The notes beneath the pieces are model-generated. The model worked only from the letters and a program-made list of their open reading frames with translations, was not told the origin of the DNA and ran no database searches. The position numbers and the translations under genes were made by a program. A DNA stretch of 57,004 bases, counting the filler, from Barthelona sp. PAP020 (lineage: Eukaryota), in assembly GCA_040182905.1 (NCBI GenBank). It is 2 parts of 2 records of this genome, joined end to end, with 100 filler letters (N's around TTAATTAATTAA, not from the genome) between each part and the next. Parts side by side here need not be neighbours in the genome. Positions count along the whole stretch, not along the records: positions 28,597 to 57,004 come from JARQWU010000124.1; 1 more part is not named here. One strand, 5' to 3'. This document shows positions 42,563 through 53,317 of this stretch, one piece after another (position 1 is the first letter of the stretch; each line of letters begins with the position of its first letter).

Positions 42563-43195
42563 ATGAATGTCAAAGCATTTTCATTTATTTCAATATTGAT
42601 ATATTGTTTTATAACAGTGCGTGCTGATTGTGATGCTTGTGTTGCAAAAAATGAAATTTACCACACGATTGAATGTAATCAACCTTCTTTAAATGACCGA
42701 ATTACCATTCACACTGCTGATATAAGTATTGATCGATGTGAAAAATCATTAAATATGTTTATTCAACTGCAATTGGATAGTGATTGTAAGAAATTCCGTG
42801 TTACTGTTTATGAAGGGTATACATACCAAACAGATGTATTCACAAATTTCGATATTCAAATAATTCCAAAGTATATTACGTTGTTAGGAAATTTTAGTTA
42901 TAAATATGGTGTTGATTTATATAATCCAACAAATGGGACGATAGTTGCTTTTAAAAAAGAAGGTAATGTACAACTATCGGATTTGGACTTTTGTTTAAAT
43001 TATTCTTCACAAAGCTGTGGAATTACTGAATGTTGGGGGCCTTTTCCTACTAATATCTCACTGGGATTTGTCATTTCAGTTTTTGTTTTGTTGGCCATTG
43101 TAAGTTGCTTTTGTAAAAAATGTGAAAGACCTAAACCCCAGGCAAGACATTTAAGGGGTTACATGAACCGACCTATTCGTGTTGGAACAAGTTAA
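42563..43195 (+). CDS. Small type-I membrane protein
   Basis: Signal peptide MNVKAFSFISILIYCFITVRA, Cys-containing ectodomain, TM segment ISLGFVISVFVLLAIVSCF and a basic Cys-rich tail. Confidence 0.7.
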   Translation: MNVKAFSFISILIYCFITVRADCDACVAKNEIYHTIECNQPSLNDRITIHTADISIDRCEKSLNMFIQLQLDSDCKKFRVTVYEGYTYQTDVFTNFDIQIIPKYITLLGNFSYKYGVDLYNPTNGTIVAFKKEGNVQLSDLDFCLNYSSQSCGITECWGPFPTNISLGFVISVFVLLAIVSCFCKKCERPKPQARHLRGYMNRPIRVGTS

Positions 43196-43408
43196 ATTAT
43201 TGATCAAATTGTAAAAATACCTGTATTTTATCTTTCTTTTTTAAAATTGTTTATAAATGTCTTCAGTATGTCAAATACACTTTCAATAAGTGTTATCTAA
43301 ATATCTAAAGTCTTATTTATATATCAATTTAGATTATAATATCCGCATTTCTTAGTTATGATGACAAATCAATTTTTTTTTATTGAACTTTTTTTTGTTT
43401 TATTTTTC

Positions 43409-44671
43409 ATGTTTTCAAAGGGAGATAAAACAACTAAACCCAAATTCAATTTGAAAGGAGGTTTGAAAAAGAAAGACGATGATGAATCAAAGGAAAAATT
43501 AAGTCTTGGTTCATCGACTCCCAAAAAGTTATCAACAGGTGGTTTGTTTAAGAAGACTGATACAACTGAAAAATCTAAACTTGGGATAAATCTCAATAAG
43601 GATACTGAAACTAATGATGAAAAACCCAAATTTAGTTTGAAAGCTGGTTTAAAAAGCAATAAATCTGATGAAACAAGCAGCGAAGAAAAACCCAAACCAA
43701 AATTAGGTGGATTGAGTGGATTAAAAAAGAGTACTGATGATAGTAGTTCCGATGAAAAATCCAAACCAAAGTTAGGAGGTCTTGCTGCTTTAAAAAGTAA
43801 AAAATCCGATGATGATAGCACTGATGATAAACCGAAACCAAAATTAGGTGGATTATCAAGTTTAAAAAGTAAAAAGGATGATGAAAGCAGTGACAAAGAC
43901 AAACCAAAACCAAAATTAGGAGGTTTAGGCTTGAAGAAAAAAACTATTGGTGAAAGTAGTGGAGATGAAAAAGCAACTCCAAAACTTGGCGGTTTAGGTT
44001 TAAAAAGTAAAAAAACTGGCGGACTTTTAGGAAGCACAAAAACAAAAAAGAAAGAAGATGATATTGAAGTCAAGTATCAAACAATTTTACATCCCGAAGT
44101 TCAATTGGAAAAGATCTTTGATCTATTTATTGATGATATTGAAGATCAAGTCATGACATTCAGAGCAACTGCAAAAGAGTTAAGAGTTAAAGAATTGGAA
44201 ACATACAAACAGGAAGATCGCTTGAAAATGCTTGAAGAAAAGTTGGAAAGGACAAAAAATTCACTTGAAGAGTTGATATTAGGAGTTAGTAATGTTACTG
44301 AACAATCAAAAAAGATAGAAACGGATTTCTTAGTTGAGCTTGAAGAAGCTGTCAGAGAAAGAGAAAAAATTCAAAATGTGGATGCAACAAATGATGATAG
44401 GGCTTTGATTTATCACACATTATGTCAATTGGATTATAAAATTGATGAATTGAGCAATGATTATCAAGTTAAAATTGTGAATAAGCTTTCAAATAAACAA
44501 TTTGATGATATGGAGAATACTGCTGCTTTAAAAAAAGTTTCAATAATTCTAAATAACCAATTGTCAAGTTTGAGAAACCTGAAACTTTTCGCTGATCAGT
44601 TTTCTGAATATGTTGATTATCTTGAAGAAAATGTTGCTGTAATTCCTCAAAATAAATATATGCAGTTCTAA
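43409..44671 (+). CDS. NUP62: Nup62/Nsp1-like nucleoporin with KPKLGGL repeats instead of FG repeats
   Basis: The C-terminal coiled coil follows Nsp1_C: LEKIFDLFIDDIEDQVMTFRATAKEL, NDDRALIYHTLCQLDYKIDEL and LKKVSIILNNQLSSLRNL. The N-terminal ~215 aa are low-complexity repeats; ATG at 43409. Confidence 0.7.
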   Translation: MFSKGDKTTKPKFNLKGGLKKKDDDESKEKLSLGSSTPKKLSTGGLFKKTDTTEKSKLGINLNKDTETNDEKPKFSLKAGLKSNKSDETSSEEKPKPKLGGLSGLKKSTDDSSSDEKSKPKLGGLAALKSKKSDDDSTDDKPKPKLGGLSSLKSKKDDESSDKDKPKPKLGGLGLKKKTIGESSGDEKATPKLGGLGLKSKKTGGLLGSTKTKKKEDDIEVKYQTILHPEVQLEKIFDLFIDDIEDQVMTFRATAKELRVKELETYKQEDRLKMLEEKLERTKNSLEELILGVSNVTEQSKKIETDFLVELEEAVREREKIQNVDATNDDRALIYHTLCQLDYKIDELSNDYQVKIVNKLSNKQFDDMENTAALKKVSIILNNQLSSLRNLKLFADQFSEYVDYLEENVAVIPQNKYMQF

Positions 44672-45529
44672 TAGTAGTAAAAAAGTAAAAACAGTTCAAA
44701 ATGAATGATCTCTTTTTTTTCTTTGACATTTAATTGAATTTTCTGGTTTGAATAATTTTTATTTCAACTGGTACTGTTCTTTTTTATTGACTAAAACACA
44801 CAATTTTATGGGAACAAGAATGAAAAAATCATGTTCAAACAAGAAAGAAAAAATTATTATTATTAATTCTTCAAACAGTTGTTTCCCTATCAAGAAGCAT
44901 TGTGTGTATCAATGAAGAAATGAATTATTATCCAGGGTTCAGAAGCATTGTGAATATGAGTGAATAAGAAAAAAGAGTATTTACTTTAGCATAAGTTTTG
45001 ATGTTTGATTGATTCTTTGAAAATTTTAAAGTTTCAAAGTTCAAAGTTATGACTTTGAAATTTTGCTTTGCCACACACACAAAAGCAGGGATAGGAAAAT
45101 TTCAGAAAAAAGAATTTGATTACATGAATTTGGTTTCAATCACTATATTGCTCAATTAGAGTTTTGACTGAACATTGCTTAAATGAGTCTTTTGAGTCAA
45201 TTCTTTCAACAAACAAAACTAGTTGCCTTTCAAACTTGTCCAACATTTCAACTTCTTTCAGGTTAAGAAATCCAGTTCAAATGATTCAATTAAAAAACAA
45301 AAACAAATTCCAACAAAGGAATGGTTTTATACCAGAAAAAAAAGAAGTCATGGAATTCTCCTAAAAATTCACATAGTCCATCAGATTGTGAGTCTGGAGG
45401 CCCAAACACCAAAAATTTCATTTAAACACACATTCACGCACAAGCTACTCTGGATAGAAAACAATTTTATCAACAACTGATGAACCACAAGAATATTGAA
45501 AAGAGAAAAACGAAGAATCACCCAAAATA

Positions 45530-48454
45530 TCAACAATCAAACTCACTGTTAAGGGAACACACTTCTAAAAACAAGTCATCTACATTATAAAATGCTTCAA
45601 ATAAGTTTTCCACAATATTTTTCACATCTTTTGGATAAAAAGACTTTTGAGTATCAAAATAAATAATAGCTCTTTCACTCATCAAAAATTCTTCTTGAAT
45701 AATTTCAATCAATGATTCTAAAGCAGGCAATCCCAACGACAAAGCATTAAAAAAATACATATCTTGCAAATCCCATCTAATATTGAAGATTAATCCATTG
45801 AGACTACAACGTAACCCATAAAAAACCAAACGATCAACGCTTTCCAAATGCATGTGATCAGTATGAACCTTTAACCTTGTCAAAAACTTTTTGTAAATTT
45901 GTTCTTCAATGTAAAAGTAATTCAGAAACAGATAATGAAAAGAAGATTTGTTCAGATTCATAAATAGATAATCTTCAAGAGAACTATCACTCAATGATAA
46001 AAAGATGGGAGGAAAAATATTATGCAAACTAAATTGGCTTAAACTACAAGTTGATAAAGTATCTAATGATTCAATGATGAAATTTGTTGAAATGAAAGAA
46101 GAAATGTCCTTTATACCATATTTTTTAGAAATTCTCAGTAATTGTAAACTATAAGTGTTGAATTTATTTACATTTTCTTCTTTATTATGATAGATTTCAT
46201 CATTAAGAATCCAAAAAAAATTCAAAGTTTTGAAAAAAATTTCAACAAAAATTTTTGAAATTTTTTCAAAATTTGAAGAATTAAAATCTTCAGTAGATGC
46301 TGAAAAATCCATTTCCAAACTTTGAAACAACGTCAATTTTTCAATCATAAAATCTTTAACACTTTTAATAGCCATCAATTGAGCCTCTTTTAAAATTGTC
46401 AAAGGAAATTCTTCTTCTTTTGAATTAATCTCTTCTGAAAATAACATGCCCTTGACAGCACTTTTTATACGACTAAAAAAACCAGTTTTCTTTGATTTAA
46501 AACTTTCAAAACTTTTCAATCTTTTGAACATGCCGTAATATTCCACATCTTTTAAACAATTTAACTTTTCATCATCGTTTTCAAATGATCTAAAATATAA
46601 CCTTAATATTGATTCACAAGAAGTATTTAAATTGTAGGATCCATCCAAAATATCACAATTTGACTTGTGTATGTGACTGTTGAAGAAAGCAGGTGAAAGA
46701 AATGCATTTGATATATACCAAGCATGTGGGAGTATAATTTCATTATCTGCAAACTTTTCCAAATCAACAATGGAAAATCCATCAACATATCGTCCGATAT
46801 ATTGTTGATTTTTACGTAAATTAAGATTTGGTAGATTGTGATTTGGTATCAATAACTCAATCCATTTTCCAAATGAATTATCACTTTGACTGTCACTTTG
46901 AACCGACAGTATTACTTGTTTTCGGGTGTATTCAATCAAAAAATTTTCCAAAATTTCAAAAATTTTATGACTTTTAAAGTTTTCGTCCAACTTCTCTGAC
47001 ATTGTTAAAATCTTCTCACAAATTTCCTTGGGTTTATTGAATTTTTCAAGATGATAAAAGTTAAGATGCAACATTATTATAAACTCTTCAAAAGATTCAA
47101 CCTTATCAAACAATTCAAGTTCATTCTTAAATGACAAAAATAACTTTCTATTGTTTCCTTGACAAAATGGTATTGTAACGCTATTTGAACAATTATTGTC
47201 GTTTATTCTCAACAACTCCAAAAATATTTGACTTTGACATTGTATTCTGTTTATATCCATGAAAAACACTGGACCAGCGCTGCAAGGATGATTTAAACAA
47301 AAATCAAAGGTAATTACAGTATTTCCATTTAATATTAACAGATAATTGAAAAAAGGCAAAAATAAAACAGGATTAGTAGATCTTTTCTCATTGCTGAAAT
47401 AAAATTGAATGACTTGTAAATGATGCGGGACTAAAATCATAATCTCATCATGATTAACTTTTCTATTCGTTTTACAAACACAAAATTGATTCTTTTCCAT
47501 ATGAACAACATCAATACTATTTGATGAACTGAAAGGACGTTGTGATATCTTTTCAATTGAAGAATCTTCCACGATAAACAAATCATTGATCTTATGAACA
47601 CCCCAATAGACGTTAGTCAATGTATCTGATTTAAATACATAACAAAATTCAATTAGAACATATACTTTTTCTTCACAAGTGCTAGCGATTATCGTAATAT
47701 GTGTATTTCTTGTTTTAGAACAATTGTAACTACAAAGGTAAACTATGGATTCATTTAACCATTGACTAACGTTCGGTAACATTTCAATATTGATGATATG
47801 CTTGAATTTGATAAAATATTCCGAATGTTTTAGCGTTTTTATCGAATAAAACATAATTCCTACATTAACTATGCCAACAAAGAAACGACTTGAAGTACCA
47901 CTGACAAATCTTGCAATTTGAAATTTGTTTACATCAAAATTAAACCACAAACAACCAAAATCGACATTCATTTGTTCATTCTTCAATTGTAAAGAATCTA
48001 CCAACAACGTATAGTATCGATTTGATAATTCAGAACATAAGGTTTCAAACACAAGTAAGATTCGATTAGGCATATTCGAACAAATGGAAGCTCCAATGCA
48101 ATTGCAATAACCAGGAAGAATAAACAGTAATTTTGGTGTATTGTTCATCGATTGCATATAAATAAGAGTGGAAATAATATCAGATTTATTTTTAAGACTG
48201 CAAGTAAATATGGGTTTTGTCAAAAATTCTCCAATAATTCTAATTCTTTCACAATAATAATTATACTTCTCATCACAGCGTAGATTTCTGAATAATACAT
48301 TTGATCCTTCAAAATTATCATCATTACAATTATCAAAAATACTGTTCTTCATTTCTTTTGTTGTATGATACCATGAATAATCAGTATAACAAAAATTTGA
48401 TAAATTGCTTGTTCCAAATATTATTTCATCTTGTATTTCATTAATTTGTAACAT
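45530..48454 (-). CDS. Large hypothetical protein (~970 aa; beta-rich N-half, helical C-half)
   Basis: Long open frame with first ATG at 48454; no family recognised with confidence. Confidence 0.6.
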   Translation of the reverse strand: MLQINEIQDEIIFGTSNLSNFCYTDYSWYHTTKEMKNSIFDNCNDDNFEGSNVLFRNLRCDEKYNYYCERIRIIGEFLTKPIFTCSLKNKSDIISTLIYMQSMNNTPKLLFILPGYCNCIGASICSNMPNRILLVFETLCSELSNRYYTLLVDSLQLKNEQMNVDFGCLWFNFDVNKFQIARFVSGTSSRFFVGIVNVGIMFYSIKTLKHSEYFIKFKHIINIEMLPNVSQWLNESIVYLCSYNCSKTRNTHITIIASTCEEKVYVLIEFCYVFKSDTLTNVYWGVHKINDLFIVEDSSIEKISQRPFSSSNSIDVVHMEKNQFCVCKTNRKVNHDEIMILVPHHLQVIQFYFSNEKRSTNPVLFLPFFNYLLILNGNTVITFDFCLNHPCSAGPVFFMDINRIQCQSQIFLELLRINDNNCSNSVTIPFCQGNNRKLFLSFKNELELFDKVESFEEFIIMLHLNFYHLEKFNKPKEICEKILTMSEKLDENFKSHKIFEILENFLIEYTRKQVILSVQSDSQSDNSFGKWIELLIPNHNLPNLNLRKNQQYIGRYVDGFSIVDLEKFADNEIILPHAWYISNAFLSPAFFNSHIHKSNCDILDGSYNLNTSCESILRLYFRSFENDDEKLNCLKDVEYYGMFKRLKSFESFKSKKTGFFSRIKSAVKGMLFSEEINSKEEEFPLTILKEAQLMAIKSVKDFMIEKLTLFQSLEMDFSASTEDFNSSNFEKISKIFVEIFFKTLNFFWILNDEIYHNKEENVNKFNTYSLQLLRISKKYGIKDISSFISTNFIIESLDTLSTCSLSQFSLHNIFPPIFLSLSDSSLEDYLFMNLNKSSFHYLFLNYFYIEEQIYKKFLTRLKVHTDHMHLESVDRLVFYGLRCSLNGLIFNIRWDLQDMYFFNALSLGLPALESLIEIIQEEFLMSERAIIYFDTQKSFYPKDVKNIVENLFEAFYNVDDLFLEVCSLNSEFDC

Positions 48455-48737
48455 GGAATAAGTATCGTTCAATTAATTTTGTAATGATGGATTATTGAAT
48501 AAATTTCGGATTTCTATGAAAGTTATTATTTCTAACTTATTTCATTAATTATATTAATTGAAAAAAGCAATCAAAAATAAATTTTTTATCATTTCTTTCC
48601 TTTATTCTCTTTTTCAGATTGGGTTTCAGATATTTTTTAAAATTTTTTGAGCCATTTTATTGATTATTTGCAATATATAAACAAAATATTGTTTCTTTCT
48701 TTTACATAATTTTTTTCTCTATTTTTCGAGATATTCA

Positions 48738-49583
48738 ATGAGTGAAAGTAGTAGACAAATATCTGCATATAACGAATTATTATCATATCGAATTAGTCTT
48801 CAGAAATCATTGGATTTGGCAAACACTTTTCCAACTTCAAAAAAACACAAAAAATTCAAAGATGTTGCCAAAAAACTATCTAAAAAGGATGATTATAAAA
48901 AATTAAACCGACAGGCAAGGAAAGCAACCCGTGAATGTTTGACTGATCTTCTAGATTTGCATAAAATTACAGTTCTTGAGAATGAACATTCAACCATTAC
49001 CACTAAAGACAGCATTTCAAATTATAGTCGAGATGAACTTCAAGAATTAGATGATGAAACTTTGGAAAAACACATTTTGTCAATTTTTGAGAATCAAAAG
49101 AACGATTATTTAAATATAATGAACGAGTGGTCTGCTACAATAAATACTCACAATGATGAAAGTATCTTTAGACAAAGTTTAAAGCAACAAATAGAAAAGC
49201 AATTGGATGCTAAAGAAAAACAAAAATTGATTGAAAAATCTCAAGTAAATCGTGCTAATTTACACATTTTTGGCGAATCTCATGATTTAAACAACACACA
49301 AGAACAAAAAGAGAAAGTAAATACCCATATTTATGATGATTCAGAAACCTTTCAATTTTTATTGAGGCAATATGTAAAAGCCACCAAATCAAAAGACGGA
49401 TTTCTGCAAATTAGAGAAGCTCGAGACAAATATAGAACTAAAAAGAGGCATGATACAGGAAGAAAAGATAAGAAAGTTACTTATGAAATTCATGAACCAT
49501 TGGTCAATTTTATGACTCCTGTTTTTAATGAGTTACCAGTTTATACCAATTCTTTATTTGCATCCTTGTTTAAATCTAATTAA
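48738..49583 (+). CDS. BFR2: AATF/Bfr2 ribosome biogenesis factor (compact)
   Basis: QISAYNELLSYRISLQKSLDLANTFP, IYDDSETFQFLLRQ and KKVTYEIHEPLVNFMTP...LFASLF. Confidence 0.85.
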   Translation: MSESSRQISAYNELLSYRISLQKSLDLANTFPTSKKHKKFKDVAKKLSKKDDYKKLNRQARKATRECLTDLLDLHKITVLENEHSTITTKDSISNYSRDELQELDDETLEKHILSIFENQKNDYLNIMNEWSATINTHNDESIFRQSLKQQIEKQLDAKEKQKLIEKSQVNRANLHIFGESHDLNNTQEQKEKVNTHIYDDSETFQFLLRQYVKATKSKDGFLQIREARDKYRTKKRHDTGRKDKKVTYEIHEPLVNFMTPVFNELPVYTNSLFASLFKSN

Positions 49584-49649
49584 TGATAAAATCACGGTTT
49601 TTTTTTCTTATGATTTTCTGTTCTTGTTTTTATTTTTGTCCATGATTTA

Positions 49650-50420
49650 ATGTTATTGTTATTGTGTTGTGTTGGTTGTGCCCTGTTTTATTCAGTGTTC
49701 AGCTATTTTATCAGAAATTATTATTTTAATTATAATAGAAATGGTGCTCGCAGTTTTGTTGTTCGAATTGCTTCATTATCATTAATAGGATTAGTTTCCT
49801 TTCTTTTTTTATGCTTAGCAATTCAAATTAAATTTAAAATGGTTAATTTTGATTTAATATTGTCTTCTTATCATGATTCAACAAGTTTTTTGGATATCTT
49901 TACTCCATTATTTATATTTTTAATATTATATGTTGGATATTCAATTGTCTACTTCCTTGAAAACGGCACTTTTGGCAGATATTTTGAGCTCACATCCAAT
50001 TTTGTAAACTTTTCTCGAATAGTTATTGACCCTTTTTTTGAAGAATTTACTTATCGTTTTTGTATCATTAAGATATGTATCATAAATGATTCAAATAGAT
50101 TAGAATATTCCTTGATATCTGCAATTCTTTTTGCTTTGTCCCATTTAAATAAGAAAGTATCATTTAAAGTACTACTTGTCTCTGTTTTTATTACATTTGT
50201 TTTTGGGTTTGTCGGTGCATTATTTTATTGTTCTACTTTTAGTTTACTATCATTATCTATTGCTCATACTTTTTGTAATTACATGGGAGCACCTTCATTG
50301 TCACTGATTCACAAAAAAAAAATATACAAATGGATTTTTTATCCTTTATCGATCGCAGCGTTTTTTATTGATATATTCTTGGTACAACATTTTTTTCAAA
50401 ACAATAAATTTATAAATTAG
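49650..50420 (+). CDS. RCE1: CAAX prenyl protease 2 (Rce1)
   Basis: Multi-TM protein with PFFEEFTYRFC, LFALSH and AHTFCNYMGAP. Confidence 0.88.
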   Translation: MLLLLCCVGCALFYSVFSYFIRNYYFNYNRNGARSFVVRIASLSLIGLVSFLFLCLAIQIKFKMVNFDLILSSYHDSTSFLDIFTPLFIFLILYVGYSIVYFLENGTFGRYFELTSNFVNFSRIVIDPFFEEFTYRFCIIKICIINDSNRLEYSLISAILFALSHLNKKVSFKVLLVSVFITFVFGFVGALFYCSTFSLLSLSIAHTFCNYMGAPSLSLIHKKKIYKWIFYPLSIAAFFIDIFLVQHFFQNNKFIN

Positions 50421-50477
50421 TCACATTGTCCTTTTTTCTTTCGCATGTCATTGAATTATTATTTTTTTATTAATTAA

Positions 50478-52046
50478 ATGTCTAAACGAGAGCCAATCAT
50501 TGAAGAAGTTGATGAAACAACTTCAGTTACTGGAAATTCTATATTATCGGATGCTAATTTTTCAAGTTTGAAAAAAAATTATCCACCTTTCAATTTGAAA
50601 ATATTAGATGCTTTGAAAAGAATGGATTTATTTCAAATGACACATATTCAGAACCTGTCAATACTTCCTGCATTAAATGGAAAGGATGTTTTGGGTTCTG
50701 CTCGAACTGGAAGTGGTAAGACTTTAGCTTATTTAATTCCAGCCATTCAAAAATTATCCAAACCAACTATGGATGCCAGTAAGGGAACCAGAGTTATCAT
50801 TATTGCCCCATCAAGAGAATTAGCACAACAAATATTCAAAGTAGCTTCTGAAATTAAAAATAAAGGAAAATTTAATTTTACTATTGGTTGCATTATTGGG
50901 GGAAAAGGAAATCGAGAAAATAAGGTTCATCATCAAAGGTCAAAATTATTGGAAGGATTGAATATGGTAATTGGAACACCTGGTCGTATTTTAGATCATT
51001 TAGAAAATTGTAATGGTTGGAAAGTTGATCGTTTGAAATATTTAATAATAGATGAAGCTGATAGATTATTGGATACCGAATTTATTCATATGCCACGTAT
51101 TTTAAGTCATATGCCATCGGATCGCCAAACTTTATTATTTTCGGCCACTATGCCTGAAAAGTTGAGTAAATTGGCTAGAGATGCCTTGAGGCAGGAAGAA
51201 ACCGTCAATTGTATCCCTGAAATACAAAATGATGGCCCATCAACGGTTCTTGGTCTAGACCAAAGTTACGTTGTTACTCCAGCTGAAGATCGTTTGCAAC
51301 TTTTATTTTCTCTGCTGATGAAAATGTTAAGAAAGAACATGAAAGCTATTGTTTTCTTTTCAACTGTTAATTCAGTGAAGTTTCATTATAATCTGTTTAA
51401 CTTTATCCTTGAAAATAAACCAATTTCTGCTTTACATGGACAACAAAATCAACAACTTAGAACTACAACTTTCTTTGACTTTTGTGAAGCAAAAGAAGGA
51501 ATTTTGTTAGCAACAAATGTTGTTGCTAGAGGTTTGAATATACCTGCTGTTGATTTGATTATCCAATATGACCCTCCACAACAGCCCGAGGATTATATCC
51601 ATCGAGTTGGCCGAACAGGTAGAGGTGTAGAACAGCCCGGTGAAGCCTTGTTATTTTTAATGCCAAATGAATTGGAATTTGTTGAATATCTAAAAACTCA
51701 GAATGTTCCCATTGAAGAACAAAAAATGAATTGGGACAAAATTAAAAAAAATAAAGATGGAAGTTTGAAGAGTACTATGGTTGGTTTGTCGAATTTAGTT
51801 AATGAAAACTGGACTTTGCAAAGAGAAGCAAAAGAAGCTTTCAGAAGTTATCTGCAAAGTTATCAGTCTCATTCTTTGAAAAATATTTTTGATATCAATA
51901 ACTTAGATTTGAGAGGTATGAGTAAAAGTTTTGGTTTTCAATCCCTTCCTAATATTGATCTTCCCATTGGTTTGTCTGGGTCTAAAAAGAAAAATAAAAA
52001 TAGTCAAAGAATTAAACGTCAAAATGATAAAAGAGTGTTTAGATAA
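50478..52046 (+). CDS. HAS1: DEAD-box RNA helicase HAS1/DDX18
   Basis: ARTGSGKTLAYLIP, PSRELA, DEAD, SAT, HRVGRTGR, plus HAS1-specific FSTVNSVKFH and AKEAFRSYLQSYQSHSLKNIF. Confidence 0.92.
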   Translation: MSKREPIIEEVDETTSVTGNSILSDANFSSLKKNYPPFNLKILDALKRMDLFQMTHIQNLSILPALNGKDVLGSARTGSGKTLAYLIPAIQKLSKPTMDASKGTRVIIIAPSRELAQQIFKVASEIKNKGKFNFTIGCIIGGKGNRENKVHHQRSKLLEGLNMVIGTPGRILDHLENCNGWKVDRLKYLIIDEADRLLDTEFIHMPRILSHMPSDRQTLLFSATMPEKLSKLARDALRQEETVNCIPEIQNDGPSTVLGLDQSYVVTPAEDRLQLLFSLLMKMLRKNMKAIVFFSTVNSVKFHYNLFNFILENKPISALHGQQNQQLRTTTFFDFCEAKEGILLATNVVARGLNIPAVDLIIQYDPPQQPEDYIHRVGRTGRGVEQPGEALLFLMPNELEFVEYLKTQNVPIEEQKMNWDKIKKNKDGSLKSTMVGLSNLVNENWTLQREAKEAFRSYLQSYQSHSLKNIFDINNLDLRGMSKSFGFQSLPNIDLPIGLSGSKKKNKNSQRIKRQNDKRVFR

Positions 52047-52399
52047 ATAAATTATTTTGATTAGTCTTCATTTTATGCGGTAAATGATTTTTTTTTTTTT
52101 TTTTGGTTTTGAAACAACCCCAAAACAACATTAAAGAAGTCCAAATCATTGAAATTAAATCTTATCACCTTCTTTTGTCTTCTTTTCTGACAATATCATA
52201 TTTGGCTTGAAATACAATTTTTTCAAATAATGTTCTTTTTAAACTTCAAAAAAAATAATGCCAAACAGAATCTTTTTTACATTGAAAGCACAACAAAAAA
52301 CAAAAAAAGAATATCAATTTATTGAGCATATCATATTAAATAGTCAACAATTTTTAAGCTCTTGTCACGAAAAGATAAATTGAAATTGTGTGATTTTTG

Positions 52400-53025
52400 T
52401 TATTCAATTAATCCGATGTTTCGTAAACCAGTCGCTAAACATTCAGCAACAACATCGATTTCTTGATCTCCATTAACCGTCAGAACATGACTATGTTCCT
52501 TAAAAAAAGTAAATACTGGTTCAGTATCGTTTTTAAATGTCTGAAAACGTTTTAAAATTGAAGTGTGGTTGTCATCAGTTCTTTGTGATGTTTTTCCACG
52601 TTTAATCAACCTCTGTGTTAAAACTTCCTCACTTTCTATACACAAATAAATTAGCCCAACCCCTAAATTTCCAACAATTCGCTGGTAAGTCAAAGCTTGA
52701 GCAATTGCACGAGGAAAACCATCAATAAGGAAAGTTCTTTCTGGTGTTTCATTCATTCTATTCCTTAACAACTCAATGGTAATTTCAGGAGGCACTAATT
52801 TTCCTTCCCTAATGATTGTAGCAATTAATTCTCCATTGGGAGAGTTTGATTTGGTCATTTCTGCACGGAGTAAATCTCCTGCAGATAAATGAACAAAATC
52901 AAAACGTTCTTGAAGAATTCTAGATTGTGTACCTTTTCCTTAACATTAGTTTTCATAAATCATAATGTCATACCTGCACCGGGTGCACCAAGGAGAAAGA
53001 TAACTTTTGGAACAATATTAGACAT
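52400..53025 (-). CDS. UMP-CMP/adenylate kinase (exons 53025-52974 and 52938-52400; 196 aa)
   Basis: Spliced P-loop VIFLLGAPGAG/KGTQ, HLSAGDLLRAE, GKLVP.EIT, FLIDGFPR and RTDDN...KRF; short LID. Confidence 0.9.
52939..52973 (-). other. Spliceosomal intron (35 nt) splitting the P-loop Gly codon
   Basis: GTATGA...ACTAAT GTTAAG; removal restores GAPGAGKGT. Confidence 0.92.
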
Positions 53026-53317
53026 GGAAAATTAGAATTGCATTTCATTTTTTTGTTGAACAATTTTTCTATCAATTTTTTTTTTTTCCACAGCATGCTC
53101 TTTTTAAAAAGCACAATAAAATTTGAAAAGAACACAATAAAGATTTTGTTTGCCGATTTTCAAATTAAAAGGGAACAAAAACCTGACTTCAGTTCCATTG
53201 ATATTTGGGCAACTTTTTTGTTTCTGTCTCATTGCAAATTTAATTGGTTTGTTCAATTGTTTCATAAATTGGATGTAGAAATTCATCTTTTTCTTTCATT
53301 GAATTAATTTTTATACA

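Noticed and set aside
43369..44073. 234-aa antisense ORF containing PPNFGFG 'FG-like' repeats opposite the Nup62-like gene
   Set aside because: It is the in-register reverse complement of the KPKLGG codons. It is far too hydrophobic (FFF/LLL runs) for an FG domain and is not joined to the coiled coil.
44893..44952. Short direct repeat AGAAGCATTGTG twice at 48-nt spacing
   Set aside because: Only two short copies in a eukaryotic spacer; not a CRISPR array or a supported element.
31734..52046. Apparent cluster of ribosome-biogenesis genes (snoRNA, RRP15, BFR2, HAS1)
   Set aside because: They are interspersed with unrelated genes over 20 kb, which is expected by chance in a compact genome.
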